Shown in pieces: positions 1 to 8,981 of a stretch of DNA of 64,000 nucleotides. Origin of the DNA: a virus; IMG/VR virus record IMGVR_UViG_3300023202_000205, positions 96,001 to 160,000 of that record. One strand, given 5' to 3'. The translations under genes were made by a program, and so were the position numbers. Numbering within the stretch: position 1 is the first letter of the stretch; every line of letters begins with the position of its first letter. The notes below the pieces were generated by a model. That model saw only the letters and a list, made by a program, of their open reading frames with translations, was not told where the DNA came from and searched no databases.

Positions 1-188
1 GTAGGCGTTATACAAGATGCCTACAGCATGCTCAGGGTCGTCTGTCTCGTATAATTTGTGTTTCTGACCGGGGTAACGGAACGATACCCGATAGTTCTCA
101 CCAGACTGACGAAGGTACCAGTAACCAAGCAGCTTCTTGCGACCTGTGTAAAGCGGTATACGTATCGGCTCACCCATGATAGCGTTGT

Positions 189-830
189 CTAAGGCGTTTC
201 CGTGGGGTCCTGGTCAATAAGCAGGCGAGGAACACCTCCACCAGGGAGGTCCACATAGGTCAGCTCGTAGGCTGCATCAGGCCACCTCCAACTATAGACA
301 TAGTGATGTTCATCCTCATCAGCCGTCTGAAAGACTGTTACGAACCCCATCTCCGTGAGAATGTGGTGAAGATCGTCCCGATCGACAAAACAGACCAAAC
401 CTCCCCCATCGCTCGTCGCTACCTGCTCAACTCCTGGAATTAGAAGCAAAAAGTGGGATAGCTTCTCAGGAGAATGAAAATCATAGGAAGGAAGCGCATC
501 ACTGGCTTCTACTACCTCAGGCTCTTCGGCCTCGATGACCTTCGCGTCCCCATCAATAAGTGTGATAGGGGGTATCGCCACCTTGCCGTCCGCCCGGCCC
601 CGCACATGAAATTTCTGAAGGAGTACCTCTAAAAGGCATTTGACCAGATTAGCCGACTGAGCCCCAATACTGACAAACCCGTTGCTGTCAGAGGGCATCC
701 CCTCAGTAGGCCTGCCGTAAACCAGAATCATCCCGTGCTGTGGGCTCGCCTGCGCCCGGGACCGTAACTCCTCGATCAATTGCTCATCCGTGGCGAGGCT
801 CAAGTCATTGAAGTCGAAGCTGTCGCTCAT
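189..830 (-). CDS. hypothetical protein
   Basis: 213-aa ORF, protein-like composition, same strand as neighbours. Confidence 0.6.
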   Translation of the reverse strand: MSDSFDFNDLSLATDEQLIEELRSRAQASPQHGMILVYGRPTEGMPSDSNGFVSIGAQSANLVKCLLEVLLQKFHVRGRADGKVAIPPITLIDGDAKVIEAEEPEVVEASDALPSYDFHSPEKLSHFLLLIPGVEQVATSDGGGLVCFVDRDDLHHILTEMGFVTVFQTADEDEHHYVYSWRWPDAAYELTYVDLPGGGVPRLLIDQDPTETP

Positions 831-966
831 AGCTAAACACTACCTGCAATAGCTCAACCCGCAAGAACGGCTGCCGCAGGTACCGTATCTCTGCTCAGAC
901 AATAAATAGGAGGTAAAGTGTTATAGGGTAGGTTCCTCGTAAGGTTCCATCCATCCAACAGTTACG

Positions 967-1266
967 TTAGTCCTTGCTCGGCGCTACGTACGGGTTCGGC
1001 TCCTCATCGAGCCTCCGCCAGTAGAAACCGTGGGCCGTCTGACTCGAGCCATGAACGATGCTGGTTTCGACAATGGTCTGCCGGCCAGCTCCGTCTTCAC
1101 GCTTCGGATCGCTACTCACGTAGACGAGATTGATGCACGGGTTCTCAATCTGGCCGTCCTGATCCCAGGATACCTTCACGAGAGCGTTGTACGTCTTCCC
1201 GTACTTGTCGTGGTAGACGACGACGTCCCCAACACAAGGGCTCTGACGTTTCATGGTATCTGCCAT
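967..1266 (-). CDS. conserved phage hypothetical protein (VGDVVVY...INLVYVS type)
   Basis: 99-aa ORF, GGAGGA RBS upstream. Confidence 0.65.
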   Translation of the reverse strand: MADTMKRQSPCVGDVVVYHDKYGKTYNALVKVSWDQDGQIENPCINLVYVSSDPKREDGAGRQTIVETSIVHGSSQTAHGFYWRRLDEEPNPYVAPSKD

Positions 1267-1549
1267 GATTCCTCCTCCTATTCAGTTGTCAAAGATAGCC
1301 AACGTGGCTATGTCGTCATTCTAGATCAGTTTTCTCGCGTGCATAGCGCGTAACTACCTTCGTAGCCTCACGGCTAGCTTCGCTGTATATCGGGAACTCC
1401 TTACTCCAGAATATAAGGAACCCGCCATCACTCATATACTCCCCTACCAGGGCAACCCAGCCAGGGTAGAGCCAACAAAGCCGTACTTCCAGCACACGGG
1501 CCAGTCTCGTAAAACGGCCGCCAGAGACAATACCCCTCAGCGGAAGAAG

Positions 1550-1621
1550 TAGCCCCACCCGGACTCGAACCGAGACCCCCAGGGCCAGAACCTGGTGCTC
1601 TACCAATTGAGCTATAGGGCG
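1550..1621 (-). tRNA. tRNA-Gln(CTG)
   Basis: Cloverleaf on reverse strand; anticodon stem CCAGG/CCTGG, loop TT-CTG-GC; T-loop TTCGAGT; no encoded CCA. Confidence 0.9.
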
Positions 1622-1634
1622 CTAAGATGCTTCC

Positions 1635-1931
1635 ATGAACCCACTCTTCTCCGCTCTCGCTGATGCCTTTGGAAAAGTCACTGGTGCGTGGCTCTACTTT
1701 ATCGGTAGTGAGGTTGTCCTCGTCACGTCGGCTGTGTCGCTACTCCTGGCAAATAGCGACGCTACCTTCGACTCATTCAACGAGCCACCTGCACCACCCC
1801 CAGAGCCACCTAGCTACGCTTTCATCGCCTACGTCATGCTGGGGTTTGTCCTGCTACGAGCTGCATGGTTGATGGGTGGACTCCTTTTTGCCAAGAAAGC
1901 TATTGAGAAGGCCGTCGAGAAAGACGGGTAA
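1635..1931 (+). CDS. small membrane protein (2 predicted TM segments, Pro-rich linker)
   Basis: 98-aa ORF exactly filling the gap between two tRNA-Gln genes; two hydrophobic stretches. Confidence 0.6.
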   Translation: MNPLFSALADAFGKVTGAWLYFIGSEVVLVTSAVSLLLANSDATFDSFNEPPAPPPEPPSYAFIAYVMLGFVLLRAAWLMGGLLFAKKAIEKAVEKDG

Positions 1932-2001
1932 AGCCCGGCCAGGAATCGAACCTGAGCACCCAGGGCCAAAACCTGGTGCACTACCACTATGCTACCGAGC
2001 T
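1931..2001 (-). tRNA. tRNA-Gln(TTG)
   Basis: Cloverleaf; CCAGG TT-TTG-GC CCTGG anticodon arm; TTCGATT T-loop. Confidence 0.9.
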
Positions 2002-2005
2002 ATAT

Positions 2006-2090
2006 CGGAGAGGGTGGGATTCGAACCCACGGAGGCTCACGCCTCGACGGTTTTCAAAACCGCTGCATTCAACCGCTCTGCCACCTCTCC
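2006..2090 (-). tRNA. tRNA-Ser(TGA)
   Basis: GGAGAGG acceptor, long variable arm, loop TT-TGA-AA. Confidence 0.95.
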
Positions 2091-2095
2091 CCATA

Positions 2096-2169
2096 TCGGA
2101 ACAGCAGGATTCGAACCTGCGACCTTCTGGTCCCAAACCAGACGCTCTGCCAAACTGAGCTATGCTCCG
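2096..2169 (-). tRNA. tRNA-Pro(TGG)
   Basis: CGGAGCA acceptor, TCTGG TT-TGG-GA CCAGA. Confidence 0.95.
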
Positions 2170-2173
2170 GTAA

Positions 2174-2246
2174 CTGCCCAAGCAGGACTCGAACCTGCAA
2201 CCTCGGCGTTAACGGCGCCTTGCTCTACCAATTGAGCTACTGGGCA
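2174..2246 (-). tRNA. tRNA-Asn(GTT)
   Basis: TGCCCAG acceptor, loop CC-GTT-AA, TTCGAGT T-loop. Confidence 0.9.
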
Positions 2247-2252
2247 ATAAAC

Positions 2253-2326
2253 TGCGGAAGATGGGACTCGAACCCATAACAAGCGGTTTAGAAGACCACT
2301 ACTCTATCCAATTGAGTTACTTCCGC
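2253..2326 (-). tRNA. tRNA-Arg(TCT)
   Basis: GCGGAAG acceptor, GTGGT CT-TCT-AA ACCGC. Confidence 0.92.
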
Positions 2327-2333
2327 ACGACAA

Positions 2334-2404
2334 TGCTGCACCGAGGAATCGAACCCCGCTCCCTGGGTTACAAAGCCAGAGCATCGCCACAATGCTTGTG
2401 CAGC
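2334..2404 (-). tRNA. tRNA-Thr(TGT), with C-C mismatch closing the anticodon stem
   Basis: GCTGCAC/GTGCAGC acceptor, GCAT/ATGC D-stem, CTGGC TT-TGT-AA CCCAG. Confidence 0.75.
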
Positions 2405-2426
2405 GTGTTCGCTATCGATTTTCAAA

Positions 2427-2462
2427 GAAAAACCCCAGCCTTTTTAGGGGCTGGGGTTTCTT
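2427..2462. terminator. intrinsic terminator, possibly bidirectional
   Basis: aaaccccagcc...ggctggggttt hairpin flanked by A- and T-runs. Confidence 0.7.
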
Positions 2463-2653
2463 GTGTGGGAGAAGACCTTGATCTTGTTACACAAACACCC
2501 CAGCAGGCGCTCTATTCGAGGAGCCTGGGTTCTGTTGTGTCTGTGAGTTGGGGGTTCCAAACATCTTGCTGAGCATCCTCCCTATAATAGTGAGTGAGGC
2601 AAGTTCAATATGAGCGCGCTACGCCCGGCTGTCTTGTAGAGGAGCACCCCCTA

Positions 2654-2872
2654 CTACCTGATAAGCGTATATCCCTTACTCGGCTCGAAAATAACGATCT
2701 CACCTGTCTGATAAGACACCCCCTCGAACTCGCCTACCTTTGTAAACAAATCCTCTCTCTGGTTGTGGGGATCTATGGCTTCAGTCACCGGGTTTACCAG
2801 AAAGTCACGGCCAAAAGGGATATCAGCCCATTCGACGTTCTCCGCCTCAATGGTAGAGGAGGTACGGTCCAT
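2654..2872 (-). CDS. hypothetical protein
   Basis: 72-aa ORF, AGGAG RBS. Confidence 0.55.
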   Translation of the reverse strand: MDRTSSTIEAENVEWADIPFGRDFLVNPVTEAIDPHNQREDLFTKVGEFEGVSYQTGEIVIFEPSKGYTLIR

Positions 2873-2971
2873 GTTGCTTGCTCCTTGGAGTAGTGAGTAG
2901 ACTCTCTACCATAAGCAGGGCACTTGCAAGTCAAGCTACCACAGGGTAGTCTTCGTTCCGAGGAGAGGGAT

Positions 2972-3166
2972 ATGGCAAAAGGGGCTGAACACGTTGACGG
3001 CGATACCGACGACGCGTCTGACAGGATCTATGACGCTGTCTGGTCTTGTCGAAAAGACGGCATCTCTGAGGCAAAGATACTCATGGCGCTTACGGGAGAG
3101 ATAAGTGGCGTATTCAAACGCATACAGGAACAGGGCGGACTAGAGGCGGCCCAAGACACGCCATAA
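2972..3166 (+). CDS. hypothetical protein
   Basis: ATG at 2972 preceded by GAGGAGAGGG. Confidence 0.5.
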   Translation: MAKGAEHVDGDTDDASDRIYDAVWSCRKDGISEAKILMALTGEISGVFKRIQEQGGLEAAQDTP

Positions 3167-3775
3167 AGCATCCTGATAAGCGGGCATTACGTGAAACCGT
3201 GTTACCCTCGCCCGCAGAGACCAGTTGAGTGAAAAGAACGTAGAGAGTAGGCACATAAACCAACTCGGTCCCAGCTTTAAGCGGAAAGTCTCCCTATGAT
3301 AGAAACCAGGAGGTAGATGTGGCACAGGATCACCTCGATGAACAACCCGGCAGTGATAGTCGAGTAAACCACCCTCCTGCTTACTGTCATAGATCGCAAA
3401 AGACCCAAAGGTGACACAGGGTATTTCATACTTGGCTGAGAGCACCTGTGCTGTGGCACCCCCAAGGCTGTGGCCTACCAGCAACCTGACATTGCGGAAA
3501 TCAACCCCTTGCTCGATTAACTCAGCATGTTTACGGGCACCGCGATGTAAGGCCTTCTCACTACCAATGCCTACATCCAAGCTCTGAGCTACATCATCGA
3601 GGTCATCCGTCCCTAGAATGTACAGTGTGTCCCCTCGCTGCGCGTATCGGGCGTTCCCCGCCTTTATGACCTTACTCGAACCATCGTAAAGGTCCGTCAA
3701 CCCCTCCGCGTAACGCAAAAGATTATGGAACTGAGAGCACTGCTCAAACTCTATGATTTTCAATCGATTAGGCAT
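3140..3775 (-). CDS. class 3 lipase-like alpha/beta hydrolase
   Basis: GTD oxyanion-region motif, GHSLGG nucleophile elbow, VTFG, VVHRGDPVPHLP, C-terminal His. Confidence 0.85.
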   Translation of the reverse strand: MPNRLKIIEFEQCSQFHNLLRYAEGLTDLYDGSSKVIKAGNARYAQRGDTLYILGTDDLDDVAQSLDVGIGSEKALHRGARKHAELIEQGVDFRNVRLLVGHSLGGATAQVLSAKYEIPCVTFGSFAIYDSKQEGGLLDYHCRVVHRGDPVPHLPPGFYHRETFRLKLGPSWFMCLLSTFFSLNWSLRARVTRFHVMPAYQDALWRVLGRL

Positions 3776-3790
3776 AAAAAGCCAGGTCGG

Positions 3791-4363
3791 TCAAGTCACC
3801 GTCACACTACCACAGATAGCGTCTGCTGGGGGTGTCCACGACTGCGCCCCCGTAGAATCACCACAGTCACATACCCACTCCAGGCAGAACTTGATCTTCA
3901 CCACGTTATCATCCTCACAACCTGACGCGCTTGACACATGGATCATCCAGGCGTCTATATCCGTAAACGAGCCATCTAGCCCACCCCCATCACCTAAGCA
4001 AAGATTACGCTTAACAGATCCAGAGGTAAAGCCATCTGTAGAGTTGATCGACACAGTATCCCACGAACGCCATCCATTATAGACAGGTACACCAAAAAGA
4101 GATGAAGGAGTTTGGATAGCAAAACCCAGCCAAAAACGCACTGTTACAGCACAACATGCGTGTACACAATACCGTATTCGTACCCATGAGGCATGTTTGA
4201 TAATAGGACTTATGCTCTGCGAAAGACACGAATTGACCGTACCCCCACGGCAGGTAGAAGGCCCCCCTGTTATTTGGCAGGCTGGTTCGCGAGCCAAAGA
4301 CGGGTCTGTCTGATCCGCGTTTGTCGTGTCGAGTGTCGTAACTGCCGTACAGAGTTGTACCAT
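3791..4363 (-). CDS. Cys-rich hypothetical protein (paralogue B)
   Basis: ATG overlaps upstream stop (TAATG at 4361-4365); KIKFC...SWT shared with upstream gene. Confidence 0.65.
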   Translation of the reverse strand: MVQLCTAVTTLDTTNADQTDPSLAREPACQITGGPSTCRGGTVNSCLSQSISPIIKHASWVRIRYCVHACCAVTVRFWLGFAIQTPSSLFGVPVYNGWRSWDTVSINSTDGFTSGSVKRNLCLGDGGGLDGSFTDIDAWMIHVSSASGCEDDNVVKIKFCLEWVCDCGDSTGAQSWTPPADAICGSVTVT

Positions 4364-4896
4364 TAGGGCACCACCGTCGTCCAACTAGCTGGGGCGGATG
4401 TGTCCTCAGTAGCGTCCACACAGAACTTGATTTTGGTTTCTTGATCGGTTCCGCAAGAAGGGTTCGCTGGGGATATCCCAAGTACTCGTAGTCGAATATT
4501 AAGAATCTCCTCACCCCACGTCTCAAACCCAGTGCCACTGGAAACCCGGAAGGCTGTGCCACACCCTGACCGAAAAACAAACGTAGGGCTATTAGAGCCT
4601 ATATTGAAGGAGGCTGTTAAGCATGGGTCGTCAGGAGGACTCGTGCAACTAACCCCAGCTAATGCCTTCTCAAAACGGTCCGTGTAAATGCACACTCGAT
4701 AAGTAACAAAACAACATGCTAACCCGGCCCATCGCACTCGAAAACCACTTATCATTGAGGACCCAAATGGTCTCGGAACGGCTATCGGCACCTCTGTAAA
4801 AGGGGTCTTATCAAATACGCATGCTGCGCTATTATTCGGCACCGTCAGAGTAGGCATGTTTGGTGCGGTACTCGTGTATGTGTGCTCAAAAGGCAT
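4363..4896 (-). CDS. Cys-rich hypothetical protein (paralogue A)
   Basis: ATG 2 nt after upstream TAG; KIKFC...SWT motif. Confidence 0.65.
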   Translation of the reverse strand: MPFEHTYTSTAPNMPTLTVPNNSAACVFDKTPFTEVPIAVPRPFGSSMISGFRVRWAGLACCFVTYRVCIYTDRFEKALAGVSCTSPPDDPCLTASFNIGSNSPTFVFRSGCGTAFRVSSGTGFETWGEEILNIRLRVLGISPANPSCGTDQETKIKFCVDATEDTSAPASWTTVVP

Positions 4897-4898
4897 GG

Positions 4899-5108
4899 CT
4901 AGCCACAACTCTCGTCAGAACACGCCCACGTCGAGTATTCCGACTCTGTGGAGGCTGGAATACAGCCCCCGTTACCTTCCGCAACAGATATACAGGAGTC
5001 GAGTTCTGTGCAGACATCGTAATCATCCTTGCCTTCGACAAAGTTCGTAACCGTCTCACAAGGGGAGGAGTTGCAACAGTCAGGTGCTGGTCGAACGATC
5101 AGTGCCAT
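4899..5108 (-). CDS. small Cys-rich acidic protein
   Basis: 69-aa ORF with 8 Cys, tightly packed between neighbours. Confidence 0.55.
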   Translation of the reverse strand: MALIVRPAPDCCNSSPCETVTNFVEGKDDYDVCTELDSCISVAEGNGGCIPASTESEYSTWACSDESCG

Positions 5109-5748
5109 CTTCGTGCTCCTTGTAAGGCCCCCATTTCTGAAGAGGGCAGCTCGCCTCTGCTAATGTGTTCTTAGCCTTGGAATAGCATCCACACTCTCGG
5201 CAGCGCCCTTTTTCTTCGTCCCAGGAGTCACAGGCATAGCACAGCTCCCACCGCTCACGTACAACCTCCTCTGGGGCTAATACCCTACCGGTCTTCGCCG
5301 CTTGCATCGTAGCCCGTGCGGCAGTACCGACAAGGGACGCTGCTTGTGTCAGTAATGGCGGGTACGCTTTCTTGGGTAGGGAACTTTTGCGCAGCTGCGT
5401 TACCATAATTGGGGTATCTTCGATCCCCATGATTTCAGCCTGGTAGTAGTCCCCCTTGAGCACCAGCGTCACCTCCGGCTCTACAGCGCCTGCTGCTTCA
5501 CGAAGCACCTGGGAAAAGGGCCTCCCGTCCTGCGAGTGTACCGGGTTGGTGCGCAGAACCTCGGCAAGGATGTCCTCACTCTCTGAGGCATCCTCATACT
5601 CGTAAATCTTGACCAGCTCATCGAATAGCTCGAAAGCCATCCACTGGAACGACTGCTCGATAGCTGTAGTCTCACCCATGCCAGACATTACCGGCTCTTT
5701 TCCACCCCCGCAAGTAGCAACCCCTTGTAAAACGCTTGAAGCAGTCAT
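5080..5748 (-). CDS. DUF6171-like Cys-rich domain protein
   Basis: C-terminal CxxC...CxxCGC...K...CPxxKW pattern. Confidence 0.65.
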   Translation of the reverse strand: MTASSVLQGVATCGGGKEPVMSGMGETTAIEQSFQWMAFELFDELVKIYEYEDASESEDILAEVLRTNPVHSQDGRPFSQVLREAAGAVEPEVTLVLKGDYYQAEIMGIEDTPIMVTQLRKSSLPKKAYPPLLTQAASLVGTAARATMQAAKTGRVLAPEEVVRERWELCYACDSWDEEKGRCRECGCYSKAKNTLAEASCPLQKWGPYKEHEDGTDRSTST

Positions 5749-5754
5749 AGCTAA

Positions 5755-5793
5755 GAAAAAGAAGACGCCCCCGGCCAGCTGGCCGGGGGCGTT
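5755..5793 (-). terminator. intrinsic terminator
   Basis: acgcccccggcca/tggccgggggcgt stem followed on the minus strand by CTTCTTTTTCTT. Confidence 0.75.
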
Positions 5794-5814
5794 AAGACTC
5801 TGAGCAATCTCAGG

Positions 5815-6021
5815 TCACTCTGGTAAGGCATCGCCCTCCTCGGCCTGAATGAAGTAGTCGCACTGGTCCATGCCCTCTCTCAGGAAAGTGGACGTGGCTA
5901 CCACCCGCAGAGGGTCGTGAGAAATCGCCCGTTGAAGAAAACGAAGGCACTGAGCGCTCTGAGGACAGTGGTTGTCGTGGCACCGACAGCGATCGGTGGG
6001 AAGTATGTACTTACTCGTCAC
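5815..6021 (-). CDS. small Cys-containing phage protein
   Basis: CxC...CP...CxR...CDYF pattern. Confidence 0.55.
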   Translation of the reverse strand: MTSKYILPTDRCRCHDNHCPQSAQCLRFLQRAISHDPLRVVATSTFLREGMDQCDYFIQAEEGDALPE

Positions 6022-6715
6022 ACTTAAACTCCTGCGGGCGCCTTACCTGCTCGCGTGGCCTGTTTATAAGACCACTTATGGGGCGCAAATTCTTTGCCCG
6101 TACACGCCTAATACTCGTGAGCTTACTCTCTAACAAGCATATCTCGTCAAAGATATAAGCCATCGCCACCTTTTTAGCAGCTTTCAAAGTACGGAAAAAG
6201 ATGATGTCATTGACGTCACAGCCAACATGGTCGGATAGCCAATTCTCAACCCTCACATCAAATATACCCGAACTCAGCGTACTCCCCGTGTATATGGGTA
6301 GCTTACGACTACTACACGCGTTAATAAACGACTGAAAGTCAGTGTCGATACCGTACCCATCCTGGAAATCAGAGGGCAGAGCCTTCAACGATATTTCCGA
6401 AACAACCCAGTGAAGTTCTTGCTGCAAATAAATCGTCTCAGGTGCTTCGAGAGTTCGTATAGCTGGGACTCCCTCATCGAGCGATTCAAACTCTGACGCA
6501 ACTAATATAAAGGACACTTTCCCCGCAGGGATGCTATGCTTGATTCGCTTCGCTTGCAGTTTAGCCAACGCATCCCTGGAAGCCTGCTCGTGCTCTTGCT
6601 TCTTGAGCTCCTCCTCTCTTTTTTCCTTTTTCTGCCTACGCTTTAACTCCTGCTCCAGGTATGAGGTTTCATACTCCTTAATACTCTTAGCCATAGGGTG
6701 TCTCCAATTCGCCAT
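6011..6715 (-). CDS. hypothetical protein with N-terminal coiled coil
   Basis: 234-aa ORF, charged helical N-terminus. Confidence 0.6.
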   Translation of the reverse strand: MANWRHPMAKSIKEYETSYLEQELKRRQKKEKREEELKKQEHEQASRDALAKLQAKRIKHSIPAGKVSFILVASEFESLDEGVPAIRTLEAPETIYLQQELHWVVSEISLKALPSDFQDGYGIDTDFQSFINACSSRKLPIYTGSTLSSGIFDVRVENWLSDHVGCDVNDIIFFRTLKAAKKVAMAYIFDEICLLESKLTSIRRVRAKNLRPISGLINRPREQVRRPQEFKCDE

Positions 6716-6729
6716 GAACTCGTTCTTCG

Positions 6730-6930
6730 TTATCCGTGATCCAAATTCTTGTCTTTTGTGTCACGCCACCGAGCCTCTACCGCCCTAGTAAAACAGCCTT
6801 CATGTGCCTGGGCTGGAAGCTTGGTGGCTAAGCGGACTCGCCACAAAGTAGGTTGGATCTCCTCGCCACAGATAAAACATGTGGCCCTTAATGGAGAACA
6901 CTCCATTTTGATAGGTACCTCGATCCCCAT
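6730..6930 (-). CDS. small Zn-binding hypothetical protein
   Basis: CxxC...HxxC, GGGGG RBS, palindromic box 31 nt upstream. Confidence 0.55.
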   Translation of the reverse strand: MGIEVPIKMECSPLRATCFICGEEIQPTLWRVRLATKLPAQAHEGCFTRAVEARWRDTKDKNLDHG

Positions 6931-6960
6931 GGTAAACCCCCTTTTTACAGGCTAGGAAAA

Positions 6961-6976
6961 GTGTTCGCGTGAACAC
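6961..6976. promoter_or_regulatory. palindromic box GTGTTC-N4-GAACAC, copy 1
   Basis: GTGTTCGCGTGAACAC; recurs at least 7 times in the window. Confidence 0.75.
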
Positions 6977-6984
6977 TCACTCAA

Positions 6985-7629
6985 CTACTCCGCGTGTACA
7001 TACCCAGACCACGTCTCCGGCCACGCCGTGCCCAACTCAGCAACCCTGTCATAGTGGTGGCGTAAACTCAGAGCCACACAGCTACTTGCGAATACGTAAC
7101 TACCAATACCCCAACGCCTATCTTCAAGATAAACGTGATTTGATTCTATTCTGGCGATTGTCTGCGTACATTTCAGCGCGGCATCCATTGGTGGCGCCCA
7201 ATTGCTCCTACTGATTCCCGGCACTCTCCATTTGCGAGGATCGATAGCCATAACACTCTCATAAGAAAGAAAGTCTAAACCGCTATCGCCACTTGCGATT
7301 ACAGAATTATATCCAATAGGGACGTGACCCCATATAAACACCTTATCGCCCACCTTAAAGTAACCCGGTATTTCCCGCCGAGGGTCGAGCACCCTGCCGA
7401 AAAAAGCTGCATGTCCTTCCACATTGAAATAGACATTGGGGAAATGGGAACTCTTTACCGTTACAGGAGCAGGAGACTGCTCGGTCTCTCCTCGTGAGAA
7501 TCGAGCCCAGTCCCGAATGAACTTCGTTGAATCCTGAGTGTGCTGCTCCTCCATGCGTGAGCTATCACGAAAGCTTGAGATATAGTGAAAATCGGAGAAC
7601 TCCAAATGGGATGAAGCCGTATCTACCAT
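6985..7629 (-). CDS. hypothetical protein, FIxxWxx(Y/F)SxG family member
   Basis: KFIRDWARFSRG motif; paralogue of 7686-8254. Confidence 0.7.
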   Translation of the reverse strand: MVDTASSHLEFSDFHYISSFRDSSRMEEQHTQDSTKFIRDWARFSRGETEQSPAPVTVKSSHFPNVYFNVEGHAAFFGRVLDPRREIPGYFKVGDKVFIWGHVPIGYNSVIASGDSGLDFLSYESVMAIDPRKWRVPGISRSNWAPPMDAALKCTQTIARIESNHVYLEDRRWGIGSYVFASSCVALSLRHHYDRVAELGTAWPETWSGYVHAE

Positions 7630-7685
7630 TTTCCTTCCTTTCTACCGCCAGGTTCTGAGTCCTGCGCAGCCTGATGAATATGTTC

Positions 7686-8254
7686 TCAACCCCCTTTTAC
7701 CACCTCTTTGGGGTCCAGCGTGATCGGCCATTTATCGCCCAACTCTTCGACTCGTTTCAAATGAACATTGAGAGGTAGCGCTAAACAAGTCCCCACGAAG
7801 GACCACGACTCATAGTGGTTAAGTATGGCATAACCAGCCGCGTTTAACCCATCTGCTGACCCAATAACACAAAACATACCACAACACAGTCATTCATTTG
7901 TGGGTCCCAATTGTACCGTATGCACCGGCCCAGCCAGGTAGTAGGGGTAAAACTCCAGATATCACGTAACAAACAACTTTTTCCAGCAAGTACAGGTGAA
8001 GGAGGTGCAAAACTGTGGCCCCATACGAAGACCTCGTCGCCCGGTCTAAGATAACCTTTAATCAGCCTACGTGGGTCCAGCGGCCTACCAAAGACCTTTA
8101 CCCCAGCACCCGTAGTGTAAGTGACGTTTTCTCGGCCCAGCCCAGACGGTGGCGCCTCCTCCATTCCTCTCGAATAACGAGCCCACTTGTGAATGAACTC
8201 GATAGGTTTGGCCAGCTCTTCAAACTGCTTGACACTACTCACTACCACACCCAT
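7686..8254 (-). pseudogene. frameshifted paralogue of 6985-7629 (split into 7844-8254 and 7686-7877)
   Basis: N-half aligns to FGRxLDPRRxIxGY..GDxVFxWGH; C-half in the -1 frame aligns to CxALxLxxHxxRVxELGxxWP. Confidence 0.6.
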
Positions 8255-8492
8255 GTACTCTTTCGGCCATAGAACCCATGACCAGGCTGAAATGGTGGCA
8301 GCACAGATAAGCTGTCAGATTGTGTATTCCAGTAGGTGCTGTCTGTTCCTCTCCTACTTTGTGCATCGCCGGTGCACCACAGCGCGGCTCTCCTTCGTCA
8401 GAGCGAAAATTGCACAATTCGCCCCGGCAGGTTGGATGTTGTTCATGCATCGCGTTCCCCCTTGTTGTGTAGTAAAAATGACGGGCTGCCAC
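8235..8492 (-). CDS. small Cys/His-rich protein
   Basis: ORF directly downstream of the CRISPR array. Confidence 0.5.
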   Translation of the reverse strand: MAARHFYYTTRGNAMHEQHPTCRGELCNFRSDEGEPRCGAPAMHKVGEEQTAPTGIHNLTAYLCCHHFSLVMGSMAERVHGCGSE

Positions 8493-8660
8493 ACTTTATA
8501 CTGCGGCCCGCCGCGCAGCTCACTTAACACTGTTAGCAGGAGTGCATCCCGGCTCGCGCCGGTGTCATTGAACCAACAGTGCCCGCTCTACCATCACAAG
8601 TGTGGCTGGTGGATAGAGCGATTCAGCTCAAATTATATCCCTTTTATCGTAGATGCGCCA

Positions 8661-8981
8661 GTCACAGATACCAAACCTCTAAGCGGGCATAGCGAGGAGT
8701 ACCAGGGCCAGACGATCCACCTCGGCACCATAGTCAGTCACAGATACCAAGCCTCTGAGCGGGCATAGCGAGTGAGCGCGGGGTAGCTAACAGTCATTTA
8801 GGGGGCGTCACAGATACCAAGCCTCTGAGCGGGCATAGCGAGCACCCAACGGATCCCTCGTTCTCAGGCACAGTCACAGATACCAAGCCTCTGAGCGGGC
8901 ATAGCGAGCTCAGCACAGCGCTGGTCGGTGGGCGCCCGCTGGTCAGTCACAGATACCAAGCCTCTGAGCGGGCATAGCGAG
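8661..8981 (-). CRISPR. CRISPR mini-array: five 36-bp repeats, four unique spacers (40, 34, 30, 37 nt)
   Basis: Repeat GTCACAGATACCAAGCCTCTGAGCGGGCATAGCGAG at 8661 (2 mismatches), 8737, 8807, 8873, 8946; degenerate copy at left and conserved leader at right imply minus-strand transcription. Confidence 0.9.

Noticed and set aside
1663-2572. ORFs overlapping the tRNA cluster (e.g. 1876-2235, 1989-2279, 2261-2572)
   Set aside because: They are translations of tRNA genes
3791-5108. Stop-codon readthrough or alternative genetic code joining the Cys-rich ORFs
   Set aside because: The ORFs are in three different frames with normal coupled starts, long genes are intact under code 11, and there is no suppressor tRNA
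8697-8736. Spacer 1 shares GAGGTGGATC and CTGGCCCT with 29688-29709 (possible self-target)
   Set aside because: Two short blocks in swapped order; not a contiguous protospacer
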